A stretch of 40,314 bases of DNA from Dehalococcoidia bacterium (GTDB lineage Bacteria > Chloroflexota > Dehalococcoidia > Lucifugimonadales > UBA3495), in assembly GCA_022821365.1 (NCBI GenBank), contig JAJEDS010000214.1, forward strand, positions 1 to 40,314. Direction: 5' to 3'. This document shows positions 18,473 through 28,174 of this stretch, piece by piece. Made by a program: the position numbers and the translations under genes. How positions within the stretch are numbered: position 1 is the first letter of the stretch; each line of letters begins with the position of its first letter. The notes under the pieces are model-generated. The model was given only the letters and a program-made list of their open reading frames with translations, made no database searches and was not told the origin of the DNA.

Positions 18473-19960
18473 ATGCCATCAAATCAAGGTAGTACGTTGG
18501 GCTTAACGGCGCGGAACAAGATGAGTGCGACTTCTTTTGCAACTCTGGGGCTCACAGCAGCTCTGGCAATTGCAGTTGCCGCGGCCTTGGCTTTCCCCAT
18601 CCTTTTCTCCGTATCAGCCCAGGGACAGAACCTCAACTTTCAAAACAGCGAATGCCAGGGAGTCAGACACCACAACACCAAGATATGGGTAACTCCGGTA
18701 ACATCGGGCAACCCCCCAGTTCTTGATGAAAACACCATCGATTGGCTTGAAAACCCTTCGGGGACCAGAGGAATGATACTTTTCCGGGCAGTATCAAATG
18801 TAGACGAAGGAACTGTGGAACTAAATTGGAAAGGACGTAGTTACTGGGACTCGGATTACACAGGAGCGATTCCTACGGACGAAGCCGACGGTCGAGCCAC
18901 CGAGAATGTGGAATACTGGTATCAAATAGGCTGGGTAGGCAGAGGCTGGGAAGAAGCAAGAGAAAGAGGGCAGACAGATCCCATGATCGCCTGTTCCAGC
19001 ATAGTCCACAGCTCGTACCGTGGAAATGATGGCGAAGACACAACGGGAAAGGTAATACCCCACATTCCTGGCTCTCCACCTCCCAACTCCGCCCCGGTCC
19101 CAGGACCGACCGAAGATAACAACGAGGACAACGAGGACAACGAGGACAACGGCGACAACGGCGACAACGGCGACAGCGATGACAACGGCGACAGCGAGGA
19201 CAACGACGACGGGAATGGTGGAGGTAATGGTGGCGGCAGCGGGAACGAGGACGACAACGATGACCTGGAGCCGACTCCTGAACCGGACCCGGAACCCACG
19301 GCCTTGCCGCCGCCCACCGAGCCACCGCCGCCCACTGAACCACCGCCGCCTGTTCCTACTCCCGAACCGGAACCGACCGCGGCGCCCGATCAACCCGGCG
19401 GGCCCAGCGGGACACGGGACTCCACGGACGGCGGCGATGCGAGGGAGGTTTCAACGCTTACACCGGCGCCAACAAGCACGCCACTTCCATCAGCCACGCC
19501 GATTCCCACGCCGATGCCAGCGCCCGAACCTACGGCTACGCCTCTTCCCACGCCCACGCATACACCTACGCCTACGCCTACCGCAACCCCCACCTCAACC
19601 CCTACTCACACGCCAACAGCGACGGCCACTCGGAGTCCGGGCAACTTGCTCAGACCGCCAGCGGAAATGGTCCGATTCCCCACACCTACGTTGCAAGTAC
19701 GGGAAGCAGAAACCCAAGCTGTCGGCCCCGCTCCGGCTCCCGTGTCCACTCTGGCGCCGCCTGAAGAGGTAAACGGGGAAGGAGTCCAGCCGCAACGACC
19801 GGCGCTGCCGATAATAGGCGACGCGCTGCCACGGCTCAGGAACAACCTTGAAGCCATTGCCAGCAATCCCCGGGAGCGCATTACCCTGATTCTGCTTCTG
19901 GGCTGTGCCCTGCTAATTGCCCTTGGGATCTTTGTCTACCTACTGGTACGCCGCCGGTAG
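18473..19960 (+). CDS. Secreted, C-terminally anchored surface protein with Asp/Asn- and Pro/Thr-rich stalk
   Basis: N-terminal hydrophobic segment ending VSA-Q, about 140-aa globular region, low-complexity DN/PE/PT repeats, C-terminal TM helix plus RRR. Confidence 0.75.
   Translation: MPSNQGSTLGLTARNKMSATSFATLGLTAALAIAVAAALAFPILFSVSAQGQNLNFQNSECQGVRHHNTKIWVTPVTSGNPPVLDENTIDWLENPSGTRGMILFRAVSNVDEGTVELNWKGRSYWDSDYTGAIPTDEADGRATENVEYWYQIGWVGRGWEEARERGQTDPMIACSSIVHSSYRGNDGEDTTGKVIPHIPGSPPPNSAPVPGPTEDNNEDNEDNEDNGDNGDNGDSDDNGDSEDNDDGNGGGNGGGSGNEDDNDDLEPTPEPDPEPTALPPPTEPPPPTEPPPPVPTPEPEPTAAPDQPGGPSGTRDSTDGGDAREVSTLTPAPTSTPLPSATPIPTPMPAPEPTATPLPTPTHTPTPTPTATPTSTPTHTPTATATRSPGNLLRPPAEMVRFPTPTLQVREAETQAVGPAPAPVSTLAPPEEVNGEGVQPQRPALPIIGDALPRLRNNLEAIASNPRERITLILLLGCALLIALGIFVYLLVRRR
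19121..19210 (+). repeat. In-frame 9-bp tandem repeats
   Basis: (AACGAGGAC)x3 then (AACGGCGAC)x3 and degenerate copies encoding NED/NGD. Confidence 0.8.
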
Positions 19961-19962
19961 TG

Positions 19963-21846
19963 TTACGGCACGGCGGTTTCCGCCGGGATAGGTCCCGGTG
20001 ATTCCAGTTCAAAGGGCAGATTTACGATGAACTCGGCGTATTCGCCGTATACGGTTTCAACGGTCAGACTTCCGCCAGCCCTCCTCATCACATCGGCGGC
20101 AATGGGGAGGCCCAACCCTGCTCCGGAAGCGCCCTCCCGAGTTGAAAAGAAGGGATTGAAAATGTGCCCCACCACGTCATCGGCGATGCCGGTACCATTG
20201 TCCCGAAACCGCACTTCGAGAGAATCCCCGTCCGTCGAGCTCGAAATGTGGAGCCGAGGCCGGTAGTCCTGGTCCGTTCCTTCTGACTGCCGAATCCACA
20301 TCGCATAGCACGCGTTGGAGACCAGGTTGACCACCGCTTCCCCAAAGTCGTGCTCCACCAAAGAGACCTCGCCAACGTCCGGGTCCAGGTCGTACTGCAC
20401 CGACAAGTTTAACTCGGGATACTGGGCGACGAAGGCATCCTTCGCTACCTCGACGGCGCTGTGCACAGCAGAATTAAGTTCTACGGGCACCAGTTCGCCG
20501 CCAACCACACCCAGCCCACGCATGCGTTCAACGATGGCCAGCGCCCTTCCTCCGTTGGTCCTTATGCGGGTAAGACTGTCGGCCAGGTCCTCCTCCAGTT
20601 CGTCAACGGCTGCCCGGTCTTCATCGCTCATGGTATCCCGGTAAGAGTTAAGCACCTCTGAAAGTTCCTCGTACATTTCGACCGATACCTCGGCAAAGTT
20701 CTGCACAAAGTTCAGGGGATTGCTAATCTCGTGGGCAACGCCGGAGACAAGCTCGCCCAGGGCTGCCAGCTTTTCCTGGGCCACCAAGCGGTCCTGCATC
20801 CTTTGCAGCTCAGCGTTCGCCTCCTGCAATTCGCTGTATAACTTCTCCACCAGGTTCAGGCGTTGAACCTCCAGGGCCTGCTCCCGGAAGACTTCCAGGG
20901 CGTGTGCAAGGTCGCCAATTTCATCCCTGCCTACCCCGGGGACGGGGGTCTCCAGATCACCGTCGGCCATTCCCCGCATGCGCTCGGACAACCTGGTTAG
21001 GGGCCGGACCAGCCCGTTACCAACCAGCAGCCACGCGGTGACCGTGGCCATCCCCACACTGACCAGGCTGATGACCGCCAGCAGAACCCTGCCCTGGTCA
21101 AAACTGGCCACGGACGAGTCCAGCGCCTGGTTGGAACTAGCCCGGGCGTCAACCAAGAGGTCGACCAAGGCGATTTCAAGAACCCTGTCCGCGTCATCCA
21201 ACTGAACGGAGAGTTCGCCAATTCGATCCTCCAGGGCAAGTTGCTGAGCTCGAACTTCGAAGACCCGCTGTCCCAATTCTATGGAACGCGTGTCCACAGG
21301 AGGAGCGCTGCTAAACTCCTGCCACGAACTTTCCAGTTCGGCCTGGGTTTCCGCGGTAAACATCCTAACCAAGGCGGGGGCCGCTGACGGTTCGACCCCG
21401 GATGCCAGTTCTGCGCTTAACTCTGCCGCCGCTGTTTCGCTGTCCTGCCTGGCTCGTTGGGCAATTGCCAGCTTATCTATGACGTCGGTCAGATCGTAAG
21501 CCAGGTCCTGGGACTGGGTTGCCAAACCGGTTAGCGGAGGCGCACTTGCTGCTACTGACAAATGGTCTTCCAGGTTGCCAAGGGCCTCGCTTATTTGTTC
21601 TTCAACAATTACCCCGGTTGTGGCCTCCCCTCCAAGACTTCGTAGCCGCTCCCCTTCTCGAATGGCGGCCCAGGAAGCTTCCAGTACCGGCACGGATTGG
21701 GTACGCACCCGATGGCTGGCATCCCCGCTTTGCTCAAAGTAGTAGACCCCTACTGCACTGGACACTAGGGTCAGGAGAACGGCGAACCCCAGTGCCAGGT
21801 AGAGTTTGGCGCCTATGCGACGCCAGATACCCAAAAGGAAATTCAT
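19963..21846 (-). CDS. Membrane sensor histidine kinase (2 TM, HAMP, HisKA, HATPase_c)
   Basis: HAMP RPLTRLSERM...GRDEIGDLA; H-box GVAHEISNPLNFV; N-box NLVSNA; G1 DNGTGI; F-box IFNPFFST; G2 GAGLGL. Confidence 0.92.
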   Translation of the reverse strand: MNFLLGIWRRIGAKLYLALGFAVLLTLVSSAVGVYYFEQSGDASHRVRTQSVPVLEASWAAIREGERLRSLGGEATTGVIVEEQISEALGNLEDHLSVAASAPPLTGLATQSQDLAYDLTDVIDKLAIAQRARQDSETAAAELSAELASGVEPSAAPALVRMFTAETQAELESSWQEFSSAPPVDTRSIELGQRVFEVRAQQLALEDRIGELSVQLDDADRVLEIALVDLLVDARASSNQALDSSVASFDQGRVLLAVISLVSVGMATVTAWLLVGNGLVRPLTRLSERMRGMADGDLETPVPGVGRDEIGDLAHALEVFREQALEVQRLNLVEKLYSELQEANAELQRMQDRLVAQEKLAALGELVSGVAHEISNPLNFVQNFAEVSVEMYEELSEVLNSYRDTMSDEDRAAVDELEEDLADSLTRIRTNGGRALAIVERMRGLGVVGGELVPVELNSAVHSAVEVAKDAFVAQYPELNLSVQYDLDPDVGEVSLVEHDFGEAVVNLVSNACYAMWIRQSEGTDQDYRPRLHISSSTDGDSLEVRFRDNGTGIADDVVGHIFNPFFSTREGASGAGLGLPIAADVMRRAGGSLTVETVYGEYAEFIVNLPFELESPGPIPAETAVP

Positions 21847-22064
21847 GAACAGGTCCTCCGGGGCCTTTCCTTACTTTGGTAATGGCAAGGCTGGCGATAT
21901 CAGGCAGCTCTCGCTGCAAGGGGTCGAGACAGAATCGCCCAAATTATTATGGCAGAAGAGGCCATGTCGTTCTGCAAGACCTGCTAGTTGTCAGGCGGCC
22001 TGTGTCAGGTAGCTGCCAGTCCGTTATGGAAATGCCCTCGAGATCGGCCACAGGCTGGTTTCGA

Positions 22065-23816
22065 CTAGTCGACGTCGGGCGGCCCAACGCGAACCGTAAT
22101 TATGTCAGTGTCGTGATACTGCTGATGCCTCACCGATGTAGCATAATTGCGCAGCAACCGCAGGGAGAGGTCGTGCTCAGTAGGTGGCAGGGTATCGTAT
22201 TGCTGTAATTGGTGCACCTGGTCCTCAATATTTGCGCCACTGCTCCCGCCGATGAATTCCAGGTCCGCCATTTGTCCATCGCTGGAAGCCAGAACTATCA
22301 GGCGGCGGTCGTCATTTCCATCTATGCCGTCGTCATCCGAAAGGAGTCCCTCCAAATCGAGCGGGGCCAGTGTAAGCAGGGTCTCTTCTGCAACTGCTCC
22401 TAATCTGTCCTTCATGGCATTGTTCCAGCCGCGCCGGTCCGCAAATTTGTTCACGAACTCGGTAAGGTCGGGCAGGGCGTCTATGTTCAACTGCGACTGG
22501 AACCGCATCTGCCTGGGGCTGGTCAACTCTATGTACAAAATCATGATAATGGCCGCGAGTCCCCCGGTAGTAATGCCACTCTTTAGCAGAGCATTGACCA
22601 CGCCGCCCAGGTCCGGCAAGGCGAACAAGCCAAACTGGAAGGCAGCGCCCAACCAGAAACAGACTCCTGCCACCACAATCTTCTGGCGATTAGGCTCGGA
22701 CTGGATGATAGTCCTGGCCCCGTCCACCAGCAGATTGCCCGTCACCAGCAAAAGGTAACCCGTCACCACCGGAGCTGGAATAGTGCCCAGCACGCTGGAA
22801 ATCTTGGGTGAGAAGGCGACGAGAACAAAGACCAGGCCGATGAGGTACCCGACCCTCCGTGACGCCATGCCTGTGGTCTGGGTGAACGAGACGGCCCCGG
22901 GGTTTATCACAGTGGGGACGGCTCCGAAGATGCTGGCCATCAAATTGGAGACGCCGGTTCCGGCCATGGCGCCCTGGACCTGCCTGAAGTCGACCGCCTG
23001 GGAACCCCTTCTTGACACCCTTTGGTGGGCAATGGATTCCCCATTTGTCTGGATGGAGATAATCACGCCAAGAAAAAGGAAAGAGGGCAGCAATGTCCAG
23101 AAGGGGATACCCAGGTGCAGTCCAAAACCGGGCCACTGGTCGGGCAATCCCACCCATGGCGCCCGCAATACGGGTTCAAAGTCATAGATTCCCAGCGCCG
23201 CGGCGGTGATGCACCCCGCAATGATTCCAATAACCGGGCCCCAGAGGCGAAGCATTGGCCACCCACGCAAGGTCAGAGCGGCAACGATTATCAGGGTTAT
23301 CAGTGCCGTTGCCGGCCCTTTTTCAGGCTCGGCCTGTGCCGCTTCGTCCAGCAACGCAAACACTACGGAGGCAAGGGTAATGGAGAGAATCATCACTACC
23401 GTACCACCGACTGTAGGGGTGATGACCTTGCGAAGGATAAAGAGCCACCTGGAGATGGCCAACTGGGCCAGGGCTGACACGAAGACAAGGGCCATCAATG
23501 TAGCCGGCCCCCCATCTACCACCGCGGTTATGCAGAAGGGAATGGAAAAAGCCGCGGTGAACATGGGTAGCAGCGCACCGGCGCCGACGGGGCCCAACCT
23601 GCGGACCTGGACCAAAGTTGACACCCCAACTACCAGGAGAGAGGCGAACATCATCCACGACAGGTAAGAGTTTCCCAGGCCCGACGCCCTGGCAACCACT
23701 ACCGGAGTCACCAGAAGTGTAACAGTGGCCATTAAGCTGAACTGAAACCCGTACCGGAGAGTTGGAAGAAGAGGTGGGGTCTCCTGGGCTTCATAGACCG
23801 GATTCTGACTGGCCAT
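22065..23816 (-). CDS. NCS2 (xanthine/uracil permease-like) protein with fused C-terminal degenerate RsbW/HATPase-like domain
   Basis: Multi-TM core with STLVQ..RLGPVGAG.L, ITPTVGGTVV, TGMASRRVG, FSPKI...IPAPV, SGITTGG; about 150-aa soluble C-terminal extension; ATG 23816 with GGAGG RBS. Confidence 0.8.
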   Translation of the reverse strand: MASQNPVYEAQETPPLLPTLRYGFQFSLMATVTLLVTPVVVARASGLGNSYLSWMMFASLLVVGVSTLVQVRRLGPVGAGALLPMFTAAFSIPFCITAVVDGGPATLMALVFVSALAQLAISRWLFILRKVITPTVGGTVVMILSITLASVVFALLDEAAQAEPEKGPATALITLIIVAALTLRGWPMLRLWGPVIGIIAGCITAAALGIYDFEPVLRAPWVGLPDQWPGFGLHLGIPFWTLLPSFLFLGVIISIQTNGESIAHQRVSRRGSQAVDFRQVQGAMAGTGVSNLMASIFGAVPTVINPGAVSFTQTTGMASRRVGYLIGLVFVLVAFSPKISSVLGTIPAPVVTGYLLLVTGNLLVDGARTIIQSEPNRQKIVVAGVCFWLGAAFQFGLFALPDLGGVVNALLKSGITTGGLAAIIMILYIELTSPRQMRFQSQLNIDALPDLTEFVNKFADRRGWNNAMKDRLGAVAEETLLTLAPLDLEGLLSDDDGIDGNDDRRLIVLASSDGQMADLEFIGGSSGANIEDQVHQLQQYDTLPPTEHDLSLRLLRNYATSVRHQQYHDTDIITVRVGPPDVD

Positions 23817-24097
23817 GGCCAACCCTGCCTCCGGAACCAGGTTTCTTTTGCTGGGCCAAGTCTGCCAGAACAATGCCTCGCCACGCAAGTGTTAATCCGT
23901 GGATACAAATTTGCTGGGCCAAACAGGTCCGGAATAGATGTGGTACACCTTCCAGCCCTAATCTTGGGAAGAATAGACTATTCCGGTCCTAAAGTGATTA
24001 ATAATCGGTATTGCATTGAAGTCAATGATTGGCTGCCATATACTCCAACCGCATAGTCATTTTTGTGTATCGAAACAATTTTCGGAGAATATGCACC

Positions 24098-25651
24098 ATG
24101 AAATACGACGTAATCGTAATTGGAGCCGGTTCGGGCGGTTGCGTGGTGGCTGGCCGACTCTCGGAAGATCCCGCCAAGTCAGTATTGCTACTTGAGGCAG
24201 GACCGGATTATCCGGACTTCGAGACGTACCCCGACGACCTGAAGTACGGGTACAGCGCGACCGCATCGACTCCGGGGGCGCCCCACAACTGGTCGTTCCA
24301 GGCTCAGGCGCGGCCGGAGCAGGATGAGCCAATGCCGGTACCCAGGGGCAAAGTAGTAGGAGGGACGAGCGCCATCAATGGCCAGGTGATCCTGAGAGGA
24401 GTACCGGAAGACTTCGATTCGTGGGCGGATATGGGCAATGATGAATGGAGCTTCATAAGGGTGCTGCCCTATCTGAGAAAGCTGGAGACGGACACGGACA
24501 TTCACGACGACTTTCATGGCGGCGACGGCCCTATACCGGTCCGCCGCTTTGCCAGGGAGGAGTGGCTGCCCTTCCAGCAGGCCTTTTACCAGGCGACCCG
24601 AGATGCGGGACACCCGGATGATCCGGATATGAACCATCCGGAATCGGGCGGCGTTGGACCAATACCCATGAACAACCCCAACGGCGTGCGCATGAGCACC
24701 GGTCTTACCTATATCAACCCCAACCGGCACCGCCTGAACCTGACCGTCCGCGGCAATGTTGTGGTCCACCGCATACTCATTGAGGACGGTCGGGCCGTGG
24801 GAGTTGAAGCGGAAAGCGGTGGCGAGATTTTCCGTGTGGAAGCGGACCAGATTGTATTGAGTGGAGGGGCCATTGCCTCGCCCCAGATCTTGATGCTATC
24901 CGGCGTAGGGCCGTCCGCCCATCTACGGGAAGTGGGCATTGACGCGGTACAGGACCTGCCGGGCGTAGGTCAAAACTTTCGGGACCACCCAATGGCGCCT
25001 GTGCGCTTGCGCGTTCGTGACGACTTCCCCCAGGATGCCGAGGCCCCGAGAATTCAGGCAGCCCTGCGCTACACAGCAGCAGGGTCGGGGCTCCGCAACG
25101 ACATGCAGATCTTACCTTCCTCCTTCTCCTTCCCACTCGGAGGAGACCCGCTGGCAGGGGAGGGGGTTCGTTTTTCGTGCATATTGGAACTGGCCGAGGG
25201 CAAGGGCTCAGTTACCCTGACATCCGCCAGTCCCCATGACCAGCCCAGGCTCTACTACGGATTCCTGGAAGAGGAATTCGACCGGGAACGACTGAGAGAG
25301 GCGGTCCGGTTCTGCTTCGACCTGCTCAGGCACGAAGCCTTTGAGAATATTGTGGCGGGCCCGCTGACCCCGACATACGAGGACCTGGAATCGGAAGAGT
25401 CTCTGGACGACTGGCTGAACCACAACGTCACCACTTCGCAACACCTGGCGGGCACGTGCAAAATGGGGCCCGAATCGGATCCCATGGCCGTCGTCGACCA
25501 GTATTGCCGCGTAAGGGGCCTGGACGGCCTCTGGGTGGCCGATACCTCAGTCATGCCCAACGTGGTCCGCGCCAACACCAATACCACCGCCATTGCGATT
25601 GCGGAACGGGTTGCGGACTGGGTTAAGGAGCACTGGGCCGAAGCAGACTAG
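24098..25651 (+). CDS. GMC family FAD oxidoreductase (choline dehydrogenase/MftG-like), paralog 2
   Basis: IVIGAGSGG, PRGKVVGGTSAING, SPQILMLSGVG, HLAGTCKMG, RANTN; ATG 24098. Confidence 0.9.
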   Translation: MKYDVIVIGAGSGGCVVAGRLSEDPAKSVLLLEAGPDYPDFETYPDDLKYGYSATASTPGAPHNWSFQAQARPEQDEPMPVPRGKVVGGTSAINGQVILRGVPEDFDSWADMGNDEWSFIRVLPYLRKLETDTDIHDDFHGGDGPIPVRRFAREEWLPFQQAFYQATRDAGHPDDPDMNHPESGGVGPIPMNNPNGVRMSTGLTYINPNRHRLNLTVRGNVVVHRILIEDGRAVGVEAESGGEIFRVEADQIVLSGGAIASPQILMLSGVGPSAHLREVGIDAVQDLPGVGQNFRDHPMAPVRLRVRDDFPQDAEAPRIQAALRYTAAGSGLRNDMQILPSSFSFPLGGDPLAGEGVRFSCILELAEGKGSVTLTSASPHDQPRLYYGFLEEEFDRERLREAVRFCFDLLRHEAFENIVAGPLTPTYEDLESEESLDDWLNHNVTTSQHLAGTCKMGPESDPMAVVDQYCRVRGLDGLWVADTSVMPNVVRANTNTTAIAIAERVADWVKEHWAEAD

Positions 25652-25786
25652 CGGAATAACCATCCCTTACCTGCAAGCCCTGCCATCGAGGGAGCCATCT
25701 TGGCCACCGGTGCCTGGGTTGGGAGACGCCTTCCAGACATAGAGAAATGAACAAGACCTTCATTTTCCGGTGGGTCTCGCGAGATT

Positions 25787-26668
25787 CTAATACTTTCGCA
25801 GGAAAGGCAGAAAAGCTCCCAGCAAATGCTTGCGGGCCACTGCCCAGCATTGTGTCAAAACCTCTCTTACCGCCGGGGTCTCATTGCCCAAAGCACGGAT
25901 TCCCACGCCCACATGGCCTGGCAGCAAAGTGGCCCCGGCGGCGATGCCGGGGATGGCGGGCGCAAGCTCCTGCAGTTCCGCCAACAGGGCTTGCAGTTCG
26001 GCGCCCTGCACGATAACCAGCATGGAGCCCAGCGTGTAGTCGGCGCCGATTCCCGGGAAACCTGGGAAGGCGTCCCGCGACAGGGGAAGCCCGCGGGAGG
26101 GATTGAGGTCATAGGCTTCGCGGTAAGCGGGTTGGCCGCTGCCATCCGTCACCTCCAGCCGGCAGGCCAGGCGGCGGTAGCGGAGGGACTCACCCATGGC
26201 CACCCGCCCGGGGGTGATGATATCCCAATAGATTAACTTGCCTCCAGGAGCCACGGTCAGACTTGCGCGCTGCTCAAAGTCCGAATCGCGGTAAGGAATA
26301 AGCGGGTCCGGCAGATATTCCAGGTAGCCTCCCTCCGCTACGACCAGTTCCACGTCCTGGCGGGCCGCCCCGTCGGGCATAGCGTGAATCCTGCTTGCTC
26401 CCTGGCCGGTGACGTGGGCCTCCGCCCCGGATTCAACGGTAACGGCAATGCGGTGATGATCACCCTGGAATATGCCGCCAGTAGGGTTGGCCACCATTAC
26501 CATCGCCAGGCAGGGCAGGGTCGGATCGGGGTAGAGGGCCTGCTGCACCTGCAGGGGAGGGCAGGTGCGGGACTGGGTCAGGCGGGTACGCCCGTCCCGG
26601 ATTGCCAGGGTCAGTTCCACGGAACCCCGGTAGGTGCCGGCGGGACTACCGGGCGCCGATAAGAGCAT
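25787..26668 (-). CDS. ureD: Urease accessory protein UreD/UreH
   Basis: [39 protein letters not shown]; ATG 26668 with GGAGG, overlapping the ureG end. Confidence 0.88.
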   Translation of the reverse strand: MLLSAPGSPAGTYRGSVELTLAIRDGRTRLTQSRTCPPLQVQQALYPDPTLPCLAMVMVANPTGGIFQGDHHRIAVTVESGAEAHVTGQGASRIHAMPDGAARQDVELVVAEGGYLEYLPDPLIPYRDSDFEQRASLTVAPGGKLIYWDIITPGRVAMGESLRYRRLACRLEVTDGSGQPAYREAYDLNPSRGLPLSRDAFPGFPGIGADYTLGSMLVIVQGAELQALLAELQELAPAIPGIAAGATLLPGHVGVGIRALGNETPAVREVLTQCWAVARKHLLGAFLPFLRKY

Positions 26669-27272
26669 CGGCGGCCTCCAGCACATGGTCCAGCACTTGC
26701 TCCAGGCCCTCGCCCTTGCGGCAGTTGGTGAACAGGTAGGGCTTGTAGCCGCGCACCAGTTCCAGGTCCCGGCGCATTATATCCAGGTCGGCGCCCACAT
26801 GGGGGGCCAGGTCCGTCTTGTTGACCACCAGCAGGTCTGTCAGGGTGATGCCCTGGCCCCTTTTGCGGGGAATCTTGTCGCCGGCGGCCACGTCAATCAC
26901 GTAAATCTGGAAGTCGGCCAGGGCGGGACTGAAGGTGAGGGTCAGGTTGTCTCCACCGCTTTCGATGAGAAACAGGTCTCCGTCGGGGTAGGCGCCGGTG
27001 AGTTCCTCCACCGCCAATAGATTCAGGCTGGGGTCTTCCCGAACCGCAGTATGGGGGCAGGCGCCCGTGGCGACGCCCCGTATGCGCTCCACGTCAAACA
27101 CTCCTTCCAGCGTTCTAGTGACATGGTCGGCGTCCTCCCGGGTGAAGATGTCGTTGGTGATGACCAGGGGGTTGCGACCCCGCTCCAGCATCATGGGCAC
27201 CAGCGCCTCTATCAGGGAGGTCTTGCCCGAACCTACGGGACCGCCCACGCCTATCCTTGGGATTCGCTTCAT
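26646..27272 (-). CDS. ureG: Urease accessory GTPase UreG
   Basis: [46 protein letters not shown]; ATG 27272 with AAGGAG. Confidence 0.95.
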   Translation of the reverse strand: MKRIPRIGVGGPVGSGKTSLIEALVPMMLERGRNPLVITNDIFTREDADHVTRTLEGVFDVERIRGVATGACPHTAVREDPSLNLLAVEELTGAYPDGDLFLIESGGDNLTLTFSPALADFQIYVIDVAAGDKIPRKRGQGITLTDLLVVNKTDLAPHVGADLDIMRRDLELVRGYKPYLFTNCRKGEGLEQVLDHVLEAADALIGAR

Positions 27273-27447
27273 CGTTGCCGTCTCCTTGACTGCCTTACTG
27301 TCCCGTGCCCCGGGTGGCATCCCGGGAGAAGTCTCCATTCCAAAGGGAGGGAGGATCCCGAGGGACCTCCTGAAGAAATGCTGGAATGCGGAGGCGAATC
27401 GGGATCCTCCCTTCCTTCGGAAGGGGTTTTTCAGATTTATAAACTTT

Positions 27448-28164
27448 CTAGCTGGCGAACATACGCACCCCGGCGGTCTCGTGCCGCATGGATGCAATGT
27501 CTGCCCAAGGCGTGAAGGACGTCATATCTCTCCAATGCCGGTCCCGGATGGCGGCGGCCCCGGCGACCATCGGGGATTGCAGAGAACGAAGGACACTCTG
27601 CGCTTCGCCGTGGGTAACGGGCAGCAGCCGCAGGGCCGAACCCAGAATACCGACGGCAAAGGCGTGGCAAAAGCCGAACAAGGCGGCCTCCCCGGGGATG
27701 CCCTGGGCCCACATTGAGACTCCGCAACTGACGGAGCCGGCGCCGGGAGCCTCGCCACGAGCCACGGCGTCCCGGTATTCTCGCAAGGCCGCCGGAATGC
27801 TGTGGGTTGGCAGAAGAGCGTGGGACTCGTCCAGGAACCTGCGCCCACTCTGCGTGGAGGCACGACGCATCTCCACCGGCAGCTTCATGGCATGGAGCAG
27901 GCGGTCAATTTCGATGACGGTCGCACCATCGCCACCGGCCGCGCTGCGGTGGGCATGGAGCAGGGCTACACCGTCCGAAGGCAGTACGGCGTCCGTAAGC
28001 AGACCCGCCAGGTACTCCCCAACCTCCCGGGCGTTCCGGACCCAGCCCATGGCCACCATCTCCTCCAGTCCCTGGGAGTGGGCGTAGGCGCCCGTGGGAA
28101 AGAAGGAATCGGCCAGCTGCAGGGTGCGGAGCAGCCCAATACCCTGATCTTCCGCGCTTTTCAC
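27448..28164 (-). CDS. ureF: Urease accessory protein UreF
   Basis: [20 protein letters not shown] and C-terminal RHE....RMFAS; GTG start 28164 with GAGGAG. Confidence 0.92.
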   Translation of the reverse strand: MKSAEDQGIGLLRTLQLADSFFPTGAYAHSQGLEEMVAMGWVRNAREVGEYLAGLLTDAVLPSDGVALLHAHRSAAGGDGATVIEIDRLLHAMKLPVEMRRASTQSGRRFLDESHALLPTHSIPAALREYRDAVARGEAPGAGSVSCGVSMWAQGIPGEAALFGFCHAFAVGILGSALRLLPVTHGEAQSVLRSLQSPMVAGAAAIRDRHWRDMTSFTPWADIASMRHETAGVRMFAS

Positions 28165-28174
28165 GGCCGGCTCC

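Noticed and set aside
27273-27497. N-terminal extension of UreG in the ORF track (similarly for gltA, ureA, ureC, ureF, urtD, both GMC genes, the NCS2 gene and PNPOx)
   Set aside because: Downstream starts have RBS motifs or stop-start overlaps and match family N-termini; the extensions overlap neighbouring genes or repeats.
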